DNA of 64,000 nt, taken from the NCBI GenBank assembly GCA_022798335.1, contig JAAWMH010000019.1, positions 11,417 to 75,416 of the forward strand. Reading direction: 5' to 3'. Every line of letters starts with the position of its first letter. Position 1 is the stretch's first letter. Source of the DNA: Clostridia bacterium. Its GTDB lineage: Bacteria > Bacillota > Clostridia > TANB77 > CAG-508. Of the stretch, positions 41,455-54,000 are shown one piece after another. A program made the translations under genes and the position numbers. The notes beneath the pieces are model-generated. The model did no database searches, was not told where the DNA came from, and saw nothing but the letters and a program-made list of their open reading frames with translations.

Positions 41455-41802
41455 TTACACTTCATCAATAAAGATGAAACCGCTCATAGCATAAATACTA
41501 TGGCACTTATCATGCTCATCTGTGTAGCAAACGTAAGTATCTCCTTCATCATCAATTTCAAATCTTCCTGTAACTTCACGCAAAACTTCGCCATTGTCTT
41601 GGTAAACGCTAATGCGCATAAGAGGAATGTTATCTTCGTCCTTTTTTGCTGTTTCTTCCTCATAACTACTGCGAATTTTCCCAGAGGAAAGCGTGTCATC
41701 TTGATTGTTTTTTCTACCGGAAAATAAACCACAAAGAATACTTCCTAAAAGAGAGAGAAGAATTACCATAACTGTCACAGTAAGATAAAATTCAGCAGTC
41801 AT
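41455..41802 (-). CDS. hypothetical small membrane-anchored protein
   Basis: The track ORF runs to 41811. The ATG at 41802 (MTAEFYLTV...) has better spacing to AAAGGAA. It has one N-terminal TM and an acidic C-domain. Confidence 0.5.
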   Translation of the reverse strand: MTAEFYLTVTVMVILLSLLGSILCGLFSGRKNNQDDTLSSGKIRSSYEEETAKKDEDNIPLMRISVYQDNGEVLREVTGRFEIDDEGDTYVCYTDEHDKCHSIYAMSGFIFIDEV

Positions 41803-42028
41803 AAAACACATTTCCTTTCTTAATTAAGAGGTGTTAAGTCAAAAGGTGTAAAAGTACATGTCTAGGCAGCATATACTTGCGAAGGATAAAAACAAAATGC
41901 TAAACTGTATTATATCATACATTATGTAAAATAACAACTAGAAAAAACGATAAAAAATCATCAAAATACTTGCTAAATAAGCTAGGTAGTGTATAATGTC
42001 GTAGTAGAAACAAAAAAGGAGAGAGAAG

Positions 42029-42796
42029 ATGAAACTAGTTTCATGGAATGTAAATGGTTTAAGAGCAGCAGTAAATAAAGGATTTAAAGAATTTTTTAAA
42101 GAAATAAATGCAGATATTTTTTGCATTCAAGAAACCAAAATGCAGCCAGACCAAATAGATATAGAATTAGCTAATATTTTTAAAGAGTACCATGCCTATT
42201 GGAATAGTGCTGTCAAAAAAGGATATTCAGGAACAGCAGTATTTACAAAAGAAAAGCCAATTAAGGTAACTTATGGAATAGGAATAGAAGAGCACGATCA
42301 AGAAGGAAGGATAATTACAGCAGAATATGATAACTTTTATTTAGTAAACTGCTATACACCAAATTCTAAAAGAGAATTAGAAAGATTAGATTATAGAATG
42401 GTGTGGGAAGATGAAATTAGAAAATATTTATCAAAACTAGATAAAATAAAACCAGTTATTTATTGTGGAGACCTAAATGTAGCACATGAAGAAATAGACT
42501 TAAAAAATCCAAAAACAAACCATAGAAATGCAGGATTTACAGATGAAGAAAGAAATAAAATGACCTTATTATTACAAGCAGGTTTTACAGATAGCTTCCG
42601 TTATTTATATCCTACTAAAGAAAATTGCTATTCATGGTGGTCTTATATGTTTCACGCAAGAGAAAAGAATGTAGGCTGGAGAATAGACTATTTTATTGTA
42701 TCAAAGAAAGTAGAAGAAAAAATAAAGGAAAGTACAATTTATGCGCAAGTACTAGGAAGCGACCACTGCCCAGTAGGAATCGAAATGTCAGTTTAG
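42029..42796 (+). CDS. xth: exodeoxyribonuclease III
   Basis: 255 aa. It contains MKLVSWNVNGLRA, FCIQETK, GDLNVAH and GSDHCPV motifs. Confidence 0.92.
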   Translation: MKLVSWNVNGLRAAVNKGFKEFFKEINADIFCIQETKMQPDQIDIELANIFKEYHAYWNSAVKKGYSGTAVFTKEKPIKVTYGIGIEEHDQEGRIITAEYDNFYLVNCYTPNSKRELERLDYRMVWEDEIRKYLSKLDKIKPVIYCGDLNVAHEEIDLKNPKTNHRNAGFTDEERNKMTLLLQAGFTDSFRYLYPTKENCYSWWSYMFHAREKNVGWRIDYFIVSKKVEEKIKESTIYAQVLGSDHCPVGIEMSV

Positions 42797-42851
42797 GTGT
42801 CAGTTTAGGGACGTTCCTTAAATGACCAAAACTGTCAGTTAGGGGACAGTC
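42787..42851. repeat. three GTCAGTT(T)AGG units, the first forming the last codons and stop of xth
   Basis: The units are gtcagtttag (42787-42796), gtcagtttagggacgt (42799-42814) and gtcagttaggggacagtc (42834-42851). Confidence 0.7.
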
Positions 42852-42933
42852 ATTGAAACAAAAATGAGAATATTAGAAAGTTTAAATAAATAGTATTGTA
42901 AATACTTAACTATAAAGAAGAAGGAGAAAAAAT

Positions 42934-44070
42934 ATGAAAGAAAAAAAGTTTACAAGATGGCTTTATTGGTTCATTTTAGGAGTAGCCATTATTGCAGTAT
43001 ATAAGCTGTTAGATAATTTAGGACCAATAGCAAGTTGGATAGAAGGGCTATTCCAGATAGTAATGCCTTTTATTATAGGTTTACTAATAGCATATTTATT
43101 TTATATCCCTTGTAAAAAGGTAGAAAAAACATATAAAAAGGTAAAAAATCCAAAATGGATTGCCAAAAGAGCAAGAGGGTTATCCATTATAACAGTATAT
43201 ATGATAGCACTTTTAGTACTTGTTATTGCTTTAAATGTGGTAATTCCTACAATATTAAAAAGCATTACAGACTTAGTAAATAATTTCGGTACTTATTATA
43301 ATAATACAATGGCAACCATCGAAAAATTACCAGAAGACTCTGTATGGAAAAATGAAATTATTATGAATTTAGCACAAAATATTAGTCAAATTGATTTAAA
43401 ACAATTTTTCAATGTAGAAAACTTATTGCAATATGCAAAAGGGGCAATAGATGCAGTAACAGGAATATTTAATGTATTTGTAGCATTCATTGTATCTGTT
43501 TATTTATTAGCAGAAAGAAGCCAAATTTTAAACTTTTTAAAGAGGTTAGCAAGTAGCATATTTGAAAAAGATACTTATATTATAGTAAGTAGATATTTTA
43601 ATAAATCCAATGAAGTATTTTTTAAGTTTATAGCAAGCCAAGTGTTAGACGCTATTATTGTAGGAATTTTAACCTCTATTGCTATGTCTATTATAGGGGT
43701 AAAATATGCAGTACTATTAGGCTTTATGATAGGATTATTTAACTTAATACCTTATTTTGGAGCCATCATTGCAATTACAGTAGCAATTATCATAACTTTA
43801 TTTACAGGGGGACTTGGTCAAGCAGCCCTAATGGCAGTAATTGTAATTATTTTGCAACAAATAGATGCGAACATTATCAATCCCAAAATTATAGGAAACT
43901 CTTTATCGATTAGCCCACTACTTGTTATTTTTGCAGTAACTGTAGGAGGAGCTTACTTTGGAGTATTAGGCATGTTTTTAGCAGTACCAGTATGTACAGT
44001 GTTAAAACTACTAATAGAAGAGTATATAGATTACAAAGCAAGAAAAAAAGAAGTTGCAAATAATATGTAA
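42934..44070 (+). CDS. AI-2E (PerM/YdiK) family transporter
   Basis: 378 aa polytopic membrane protein. The C-terminal pattern is NLIPYFGAIIA...QQIDANIINPKIIGNSLSISPLLVIFA. Confidence 0.8.
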   Translation: MKEKKFTRWLYWFILGVAIIAVYKLLDNLGPIASWIEGLFQIVMPFIIGLLIAYLFYIPCKKVEKTYKKVKNPKWIAKRARGLSIITVYMIALLVLVIALNVVIPTILKSITDLVNNFGTYYNNTMATIEKLPEDSVWKNEIIMNLAQNISQIDLKQFFNVENLLQYAKGAIDAVTGIFNVFVAFIVSVYLLAERSQILNFLKRLASSIFEKDTYIIVSRYFNKSNEVFFKFIASQVLDAIIVGILTSIAMSIIGVKYAVLLGFMIGLFNLIPYFGAIIAITVAIIITLFTGGLGQAALMAVIVIILQQIDANIINPKIIGNSLSISPLLVIFAVTVGGAYFGVLGMFLAVPVCTVLKLLIEEYIDYKARKKEVANNM

Positions 44071-44155
44071 AGGTGCTATAATATGGGCAGTTATTTGCCA
44101 CAGGCAAGGTATGTATAAAAAGTCCTAAAAAATAATTTTATAGGAGGAAGCTAAA

Positions 44156-44551
44156 ATGGCAGGAAGTGGTAGAATATTGCGAGGAATAAAATGGAGGTTA
44201 TGTCAGCAATATCAGAAGCGGTATTCAAAAGAGCAGATAGAAGAATTTTTGGGAATAACCATAAAAAAGGTTATGAAAGGGAAAGACGAAAAATATAATG
44301 TATACAAAGATGGAAAATTGGTCCTTGCTCAAATAGCTAGTTGGGAAATTAGTGAGTTATTGATAAACATTAGTGAGAATCTTTCTACTCAATTGGAGAA
44401 ACAAGCAGAACTAGAAGATGATGAAGGTGCAAAAAAGTCAGCGCAAATGGCTAAAGAAATAGAAGAACAAGAAATTAGAGATGACGAGGAAAATTTTAGA
44501 ACATGTCCAATCTGTGGGACGCATTATTTAATAGGAACACACTTCCACTAA
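44156..44551 (+). CDS. hypothetical 131-aa protein with a C-terminal CPICG motif
   Basis: A strong RBS, AGGAGGA, lies 8 nt upstream. Codon usage is atypical (cga, agg, and an in-frame CGG at 44219-44221). No family recognised. Confidence 0.4.
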   Translation: MAGSGRILRGIKWRLCQQYQKRYSKEQIEEFLGITIKKVMKGKDEKYNVYKDGKLVLAQIASWEISELLINISENLSTQLEKQAELEDDEGAKKSAQMAKEIEEQEIRDDEENFRTCPICGTHYLIGTHFH

Positions 44552-44568
44552 TCACAAATATTACGAAA

Positions 44569-44599
44569 AGAGAGCTCAAAAAAGAGCTCTCTTTTTTTC
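44569..44599 (+). terminator. rho-independent terminator
   Basis: agagagctc pairs with gagctctct around an aaaaaa loop and is followed by TTTTTT. Confidence 0.75.
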
Positions 44600-44714
44600 T
44601 TAATAAAACCTTAATAATTCTTACTCTTTTTTCTTAAGAAATTCTTGCTATACTAATCAAAGAGCAAGTTTTGTGATATAATAGGAGTGTAAAAAGGGAA
44701 AAAGGAGTAAAAAA

Positions 44715-45428
44715 ATGTACAATATTTTAGTAGTAGATGATGATAAAGAAATTGCAGATGCAATTGAAATTTATTTAAGCAAAGAAGGCTATCATGTTAT
44801 AAAAGCCTATAACGGAATAGAAGCATTAAAAATAGTAAAACAATCAGAAGAAATTCATTTAATACTATTAGATATTATGATGCCAAAACTAGATGGAATT
44901 AGTACAGCCAATTTAATACGAAAAGATAAAAAAGTACCCATTATTATGCTATCTGCCAAGTCCGAAGATTATGATAAAATTTCAGGACTAAATAATGGAG
45001 CAGATGATTATATTACAAAACCATTTAACCCATTAGAATTAATAGCAAGAGTTAATTCCCAAATTCGTAGATATACTTCTTTAGGCTCTATAGCAGATAA
45101 AGTCCAAGCAGAAGAAAATGGATATCATTCAGGAGAATTAATTATTAATGATAACACAAAACAGGTATTAGTAGAAGGAAAAGAAGTAAAACTAACACCT
45201 ACAGAATACAATATTTTAAAATTTTTAACCAAAAATAAAGGAATAGTGTATTCCATAGACCAAATTTACGAAAATGTATGGGAAGAAAATAGCTATGGAG
45301 CAGAAAATATCATAGCAGTACATATTAGGCATATTAGAGAAAAAATAGAAATCAATCCAAGAGAGCCTAGATATTTAAAAGTAATTTGGGGAGTAGGCTA
45401 TAAAATAGAAAATTTAGATGAAAAATAA
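44715..45428 (+). CDS. OmpR-family response regulator
   Basis: 237 aa with a receiver domain (ILVVDDD, DIMMPKLDG, SAK) and a winged-helix domain (LTPTEYNILKFL, VWGVGYK). Confidence 0.9.
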   Translation: MYNILVVDDDKEIADAIEIYLSKEGYHVIKAYNGIEALKIVKQSEEIHLILLDIMMPKLDGISTANLIRKDKKVPIIMLSAKSEDYDKISGLNNGADDYITKPFNPLELIARVNSQIRRYTSLGSIADKVQAEENGYHSGELIINDNTKQVLVEGKEVKLTPTEYNILKFLTKNKGIVYSIDQIYENVWEENSYGAENIIAVHIRHIREKIEINPREPRYLKVIWGVGYKIENLDEK

Positions 45429-45459
45429 ATTCTAATGGAAAAAAGAAAGGAGGAAGTAA

Positions 45460-47503
45460 ATGAAACAAAAGAATATATGTATTGCAAGAGTAGTCAAAAA
45501 TATAGCTTATTTTATCGTACCTATTTTTATAGCAGCACTTATGGCATCTATTATAACACTTGCTATTATAGACTCAGATATCAAAATACAAAATGTTAAT
45601 AGTTATTATGAAACAGAAATATTTTCAGATAAGTATTTAAGTGATATTTACTCAAGTTATCAAAGCATACAAAATGTAGTAAATGGTACACAAATAGAAG
45701 AGGACGATTATTATAATGGTATAATCTTAGAATTTTATATGGACTCAAAAGAAAAAGAAGTAAGTATTGCCTATAACTATAATTATATAAATACAAATTT
45801 TTATTATTTAATTGTAAATATGAAAGATAAAACTGCAATTACAAATGTAGAACGCACAATGAAAACAGACTCTGTAGAAGAAATAGAAAAAGAATTTAGA
45901 GAAAATACCATCTATTGGAATTATAACAAACGGAGATATTGATACTAGTATTGAAAATTTAAAAATAGAAGAAATACGATATAGCTATCTAATAGAAGAG
46001 ATTATAAAAAGCGGAGAAATCCAAATTTATACTGTATTATTAAATGATATGCCTTATACAGATAGTTATAGTATGTCAAAACTAGGATATGACTTAGTAA
46101 ATAAAATAAGCAAAATGGCACCAGTATTAATACCTGTTTCTATTATTGGACTAGTAATATGTGCTATCTTTGTACTAAGAGGAATTGGAAGAAAGGCAAA
46201 ACAAGAAGAAATTTGTTTAGATTGGTTTGATAGGTGGAAGTTAGAAATAGCACTGCTAATATGCAGTTTTATTATTACTATTGGATTTGCCTTTTTTATT
46301 GTATTAGGGTCAAGTGTTAGAACCATTATTATTACTGGAATAACAGTAGGAAGCATCATTGTTTATTTAGGGTGTATTTTATTATTAGAAACAATGGTAA
46401 AAAGAATAAAAACACATACTGTGTGGAAATCTACTTTATTATATGCTATTTTACATGGCTTAAAAGAGATAATAGACCACAGAAATATATCTACAAAATT
46501 AATTTTATTATATTGGGGATTTTGCCTATTAGGATTTTTCACCACTACAATAATGGTAAGTGCATTAGAAGCAGGAGAAGCTGGAGTAGCGCTAATTTGT
46601 ATGGCAGTTTTATTAACACAAGGAATAGTAGTTTTTTCACATTTATTTAAAAAAAGAAAAGAATTTGAACAAATACAATTAGCATTAAAACATATATATG
46701 AAGGAAATACTAATATTAGTTTAAATACTAATGAAATGCAAGGAGTATTAAAACAACTAGCAATTTATATTGAAGACATAGCAGGAGGACTTTCAAATGC
46801 AGTAAATGAAAGTCTAAAAAGTGAAAGACTAAAAACAGAGCTAATTACAAATGTATCACATGATATCAAAACACCACTTACTTCTATTATCAACTATGTA
46901 GATTTATTAAAAAAAGAAAAAATGCCAAATGAAAAATGTACTGAATATTTAATGATTTTAGATAATAAATCACAAAGACTAAAAAAATTAACGGAAGACT
47001 TAGTAGAAGCTTCAAAGGCATCATCAGGAAACATTAAATTGCAAATAGAAAAAATAAATGTAATAGAACTAATTAAGCAGGTATCAGGAGAATTTGAAGA
47101 TAGATTTCAGGCACGAGGATTAGAAGAAATTATGACAATTCCAGAAGAACCAGTATTTATTAAAGCAGATGGAAGATACATGTATCGAGTATTAGAAAAC
47201 TTATACTCTAATAGTAGCAAATATGCTATGGAAAATACAAGAATTTATGTAGACGTAGTAGTAAATCAAAAAAGTATTGTAATACAAATGAAAAATATTT
47301 CCCAAGAAAAGTTAAATATAGGAGCAGAGGAACTAATGCAAAGATTTGTCAGGGGAGATGGATCAAGAAATACAGAAGGAAGCGGACTAGGACTTTCTAT
47401 TGCAACAAGTTTAACCCAGCTTCAAGGAGGAAAATTCCATATCTACCTAGATGGAGACTTATTTAAAGTAACTTTGGGATTTGAAAAAATGCCGAATGAT
47501 TAA
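45460..47503 (+). CDS. sensor histidine kinase, interrupted by one extra C at 45931
   Basis: Track ORFs 45460..45942 and 46049..47503. The sequence tat aac aaa C gga gat att gat continues in +1 with no stops into the second ORF. It has the H-box ELITNVSHDIKTPLTSI and the G-box GSGLGLSIA. Confidence 0.85.
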
Positions 47504-47546
47504 AATAAAAAAGCAATTACCGAAATAAAACGATAATTGCTTTTTA

Positions 47547-48383
47547 TTATTCTTCTTTATTCGTATACTTACTAATAAAAAACGAAGAAGCAAAGCCAAA
47601 GGCTAAACAAATAATACTAACAACTCCTGCTATATCAAAGCTAAAACCAGGATAAATAGCAAGAAGAGAGCCAATTACAAAGCCAATAATAGCAAAATAG
47701 GTATAGCCATAAAAACGTTCTAGCAAAAAGTCAATTATTTTAGAAGCAAGTAAAATACCAATAACTACTCCAATACCAAAAGGGAGTAAAACTAAAACGT
47801 TTAAACTAGAAATAGCACTAATAATAGCAGAATAAACACCAAGAAGAAGTAAAATAAAAGAACCGCTAATACCAGGAACTACCATAGAAACAGCAGAAAT
47901 CATTCCATAAATAAATAATAAAATAATGTTAATAAAAGTAATGTCAAAATGATCCACAGTATTTCCTGTAATACCAAGTATTTCTAATATTGCTAAAGTA
48001 AGACCAATTCCAAAAGTTAAAATACCAGGAATCAAATATTTCCAAGAAAACCCCTTAGATACTGATTTTTTCATAATAAAAGGCATGCTTCCTAAAATTA
48101 AGCCAATAAAAGCGAATTGAGTTTGCATAGCATAATTTTCAAGTAAAAATTTAATTAGTTTGCTAAAAGCAATAATACCAATTCCAGCGCCAACAACAAT
48201 AGGAAGTAAAAAAATCATATTTTTCTTAAAATTTTCCTTAAGATGATGAAAAAAGTTGCCAATTGTTTGTACTAGCTTTTCATAAATTCCCATAGAAACA
48301 GCCATTGTACCACCGCTTACACCAGGAATGACATTACTAATACCAATAATCATACCTTTAAAAAAGTTAATGATATGTTCCAT
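47547..48383 (-). CDS. DUF368 family membrane protein (proposed undecaprenyl-phosphate translocase family)
   Basis: 278 aa with the duplicated motif IPGVSGGTMA / VPGISGSFIL, typical of DUF368. Confidence 0.8.
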   Translation of the reverse strand: MEHIINFFKGMIIGISNVIPGVSGGTMAVSMGIYEKLVQTIGNFFHHLKENFKKNMIFLLPIVVGAGIGIIAFSKLIKFLLENYAMQTQFAFIGLILGSMPFIMKKSVSKGFSWKYLIPGILTFGIGLTLAILEILGITGNTVDHFDITFINIILLFIYGMISAVSMVVPGISGSFILLLLGVYSAIISAISSLNVLVLLPFGIGVVIGILLASKIIDFLLERFYGYTYFAIIGFVIGSLLAIYPGFSFDIAGVVSIICLAFGFASSFFISKYTNKEE

Positions 48384-48635
48384 AAATCAAAATCCTTTCT
48401 AATTCATTTGCCTAATATTGTATCATTCAAAGAGTAGAAAGTCTATATCAAATGTAACTATTTAGAGGTATTAAGAAAAGAATGTTACAAAAATATGACA
48501 AATAAAATATTTTAAAGAAAAATATTTACAAATAGGGCAAATAAAAGTTATACTGTAAGTGTATAAAATGTAGAAAAATACAAATACTACAAACAAAAGA
48601 AATTTAAACTTACATAAGGAGGAAAAGAAAAAAAG

Positions 48636-50038
<1,403 letters not shown>

Positions 50039-50086
50039 GCTGAAAATAGTGCCTTTGGAGGCGAAAAAGAGAGATTAGTCATTTTA

Positions 50087-50116
50087 GGATACCACTTCGT
50101 GGTATCTCTTTTTTTG
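50087..50116 (+). terminator. rho-independent terminator
   Basis: gataccac pairs with gtggtatc and is followed by a T-run (ctcttttttt). Confidence 0.6.
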
Positions 50117-50349
50117 CGTTTAAAAGCTTGTAAAATGAACTTATGTATATTAAGTGGAAAAGTAAGAAAGGATTGTATAGAAATAAATTATTGTATAAGA
50201 ATAAAACGGAAATAAAGAATAGAAAGTCCATACAAATTATTACAATTATGTTACAAATTAAAAATATATATTTACTTATTTATGAAAGTTAGGTAGAATA
50301 AAGAAAAAGGAAAGCATATAATAGAAAAGTAGGAAGGAGAGATGAAAAA

Positions 50350-50673
50350 ATGGATGAAAAAGCAAAAGGAATATTAGCTTATATCTTTGGATGGATAGGA
50401 GGACTTATTGTACTATATGCAGTAAAAGATAATCAAAGAAACACAAAATTCCATGCAGCACAAGCAATTGTATTAAGTGCAGGATATTTTGTTATTAATA
50501 TAGCTTATAATTTTATCCCATTTACAATCCCATTTTTTGGAACAATACTACATGTAGTATATTTAATGGGAATAATTTTTGGTATTGTAAAAGTATGCAA
50601 ACAAGAAGATCCAGAATTGCCAGTATTAGGAGGAATAGCAAAGTCTATATTTGGCAAAAAAATTGATGAATAA
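50350..50673 (+). CDS. DUF4870-type small membrane protein
   Basis: 107 aa. ILAYIFGWIGGLIVLYAVKDNQRNTKFHAAQAIVL resembles the DUF4870 pattern. RBS AGGAAGGAGAG. Confidence 0.6.
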   Translation: MDEKAKGILAYIFGWIGGLIVLYAVKDNQRNTKFHAAQAIVLSAGYFVINIAYNFIPFTIPFFGTILHVVYLMGIIFGIVKVCKQEDPELPVLGGIAKSIFGKKIDE

Positions 50674-50723
50674 ATTTAAAAAGAAAAAAGTAAAAAAACT
50701 TATACAAATTTAAAGAAAACACC

Positions 50724-50753
50724 TTGACAAGCTGCTGGGTAGAGTGATATACT
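50724..50753 (+). promoter_or_regulatory. candidate rpoB promoter with extended -10
   Basis: TTGACA (50724-50729), an 18-nt spacer, then TGaTATACT (TATACT at 50748-50753), about 330 nt upstream of rpoB. Confidence 0.45.
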
Positions 50754-50840
50754 ATTACAGATATATTTTAAAAGTATATTAATCTCTATTGGTAAGGAAG
50801 AAACATAGAGTGATTATAAAGTTAAATGTTAAAATTTTAT

Positions 50841-50907
50841 AAATAAACAATAAAAAGCACAGTTGGTAAAAAAAGTAAAATACCAACCGTCTTTTTATTG
50901 TTTATTT
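50841..50907 (+). other. long (about 27 bp) hairpin in the rpoB leader
   Basis: aaataaacaataaaaagcacagttggta, a 12-nt loop, then taccaaccgtctttttattgtttattt. There is one mismatch, and the element starts with an A-tract and ends with a T-tract. Confidence 0.6.
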
Positions 50908-51082
50908 TGTCTAGTTTATGTTAAGCCTATAAAAAGAGGAATTGTTCTATAAATGCCTACGGAAATAAGAAGTTTAAAGAGCAGTAAACATCTAAAAGCG
51001 TAAACCAATTATAGAAACAAGAAGGACTTTTCATAGGTACTCATATATTTTTCTGCTTAAATAATTTTTAGGGGTGATTTTT

Positions 51083-54000
51083 TTGTTAAAAGAAATTAAA
51101 CACGAAAAATGTTCTCGCAAAACTTTTGCAAAAATCGGCGATTCAATCGAAATGCCAAATTTAATTCAAGTTCAAAAAGATTCATACAACTGGTTTATTG
51201 AAGAAGGACTAGGAGAAGTACTAAGAGATGTTTCACCTATTATTGACTATTCAGGAAATCTTGTGCTTGAATTCTTAGACTACTACATGGAAGAAAAAAC
51301 AAAATACACATTAGAAGAAGCAAAAGAACGTGATACTACTTATGCAACAAGACTACATGTAAAAGTAAGACTAATTAACCGTGAAACAGGAGAAATTAAA
51401 GAACAAGAAATTTATCTTGGAGATTTCCCACTTATGACAGATAGTGGAACTTTTGTTATTAACGGAGCAGAAAGAGTTGTAGTAAGCCAATTAGTACGTT
51501 CACCAGGTTGCTATTATGCTACCGACTTCGATAGTAAAACAGGAAGAAGAATTTTTACTTCTACTGTTATGCCTATTCGTGGTGCATGGATAGAATATGA
51601 AACAGATGGAAACGATATTTTCTATGCCAGAGTAGACAGAACTAGAAAAATACCAGTAACTACACTATTAAGAGCAATTGGAATTGTAACAGATGAGCAA
51701 ATAATGCAGTTATTTGGAGAAGAAAGCAAAATAACAGCAACACTTCAAAAAGACCCAATCAAAACACAAGAAGAAGCATTAGTAGAAATCTATAAAAAAT
51801 TAAGACCAGGAGAACTTCCAACAACAGATGCAGCAAGAAACCTATTTAATGGACTATTCTTTGATGCAAGAAGATATGACCTAGCAAAAGTAGGAAGATA
51901 TAAATTTAATCAAAAATTAAGTTTAGCAAATAGAATAATGGGTAAAGTGGCATACCAAGATATTATAGACCCAGAAACAGGAGAAGTATTAGCAGAAAAA
52001 GATAGTACTATCTCAGAAGAAGTAGCAATTGCTATTCAAAATAGCGGAATTAACATGGTAGACATTAAGCAAGAAGAAAAACCAATTAGAATAATTGGTA
52101 ATGGAACTGTAAATATTCATAGTGTACTACCAAATGTAGACTTAAGTTCTTTACATATTAGAGAAATGGTAAACTATATTGTTTTAAAATCAATTATAGA
52201 TACCACAGATGAAAAAGACCTAGTAAAAGTATTAAGAGAAAGAATGGATGAATTAAATCCAAAACATATTACTAATGAAGATATTATAGCATCTATTAAC
52301 TATTTGCTAAACTTAGAACATGAACTTGGAAATATCGATGATATTGACCATTTAGGAAATCGTCGTATCAGATGCGTAGGAGAACTTTTACAAAATCAAT
52401 TTAGAATTGGTTTAACAAGACTAGAAAGAGTTGTTCGTGAAAGAATGACCATTCAAGACTTAGACGTAATTACACCACAAACCTTAATTAATACAAAACC
52501 AATTACCTCATCTATTAGAGAATTCTTTGGAAGCTCACAATTATCACAATTTATGGATCAAACAAACCCACTATCAGAGCTTACTCATAAAAGAAGAATT
52601 TCAGCATTAGGACCAGGAGGATTATCAAGAGAAAGAGCAGGATTTGAAGTACGTGATATTCACTATACTCACTATGGAAGACTATGTCCAATAGAATCAC
52701 CAGAAGGACCAAACGTAGGACTTATTTCAGCACTTTCTTCATTTGCTATTATCAATGAATATGGTTTTATCGAAACACCATATAGAAAAGTAGACCATGA
52801 AACTGGAAAAGTTACAGACGAAGTAATTTATATGTCAGCAGATGTAGAAGATAAATACATTATTGCACAAGCATCAGAACCAGTAGATAAAGATGGCAAG
52901 TTTATAAATGATAGAATTCGTGTACGTTACAAAGAAGAAATTACAATGGTAGATAAAGACCAAGTAGACTTTGTAGATGTATCACCAAAACAATTAGTAT
53001 CTGTTGCAGCAGCCATGATACCATTCGTAGAACATGACGATGCAAAACGTTCTTTAATGGGTGCAAACATGCAACGTCAAGCAGTACCACTACTTATGCC
53101 AGACTCTCCAATTGTAGGAACAGGAATAGAATATAGAGCAGCAAAAGACTCTGGAATTACAGTTATGGCAGAAAACGAAGGAATTGTAGAAAAAGTAACA
53201 GGTGACGAAATTAAAATAAGAAATAAAAAAGATGAAATAGATGTATACCATTTAAGAAAATTCAAAAGAACGAATGGTGGAACATGTATTAATCAAAGAC
53301 CAGTCGTACAAGTAGGAGAAAAAGTAAAAGTAGGAGATTTAATAGCAGATGGACCAGCTACTAAAAATGGAGAAATGGCACTAGGAAAAAATGTGCTAAT
53401 AGCTTTTACTACATGGGAAGGTTATAACTACGAAGACGCAGTGTTAATTAGTGAAAGACTAGTAAAAGAAGATGTATACACTTCTATTCATATAGAAGAA
53501 TATGACTGCGAATGTCGTGATACAAAATTAGGACCAGAAGAAATTACAAGAGATATACCAAATGTTGGTGATGATAGCTTAAAAGACCTAGACGAAAATG
53601 GAATTATCAGAATAGGTGCAGAAGTAAGACCAGGAGATATATTAGTAGGTAAAGTTACACCAAAAGGAGAAACCGAGCTTACAGCAGAAGAAAGACTATT
53701 AAGGGCTATCTTTGGAGAAAAGGCAAGAGAAGTTAGAGACACTTCACTTCGTGTACCACATGGAGAAGCAGGAACTATTGTAGATGTTAAAATCTTTACA
53801 AGAGACAATTCAGACGAATTAGCACCAGGAGTAAACCAAGTAATTCGTTGTTATATAGCAACAAAAAGAAAAATCTCTGTAGGAGATAAAATGGCAGGGC
53901 GTCATGGTAATAAAGGTGTTATTTCACGTATTCTACCAGAAGAAGATATGCCATTTATGCCAGATGGAACACCAGTAGACATCGTATTAAACCCACTTGG

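Noticed and set aside
41484-41732. Overlapping ORFs 41484..41732 (-) and 41500..41727 (+) inside the 41455..41811 gene
   Set aside because: They are alternative frames of the same short region. Only the 41455..41802 frame has an RBS, an N-terminal TM and a sensible terminator context.
42625-42825. ORF 42625..42825 (+), together with 46372..46650 (+) and 2728..2919 (-)
   Set aside because: They are out-of-frame overlaps of xth, the histidine kinase and mreB respectively. They have no RBS, and the first simply reads into the repeat array.
51074-51082. The GTG at 51074 as the rpoB start
   Set aside because: That GTG is part of the AGGGGTG Shine-Dalgarno-like sequence. The in-frame TTG at 51083 has proper spacing. 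The difference is only three codons and remains uncertain.
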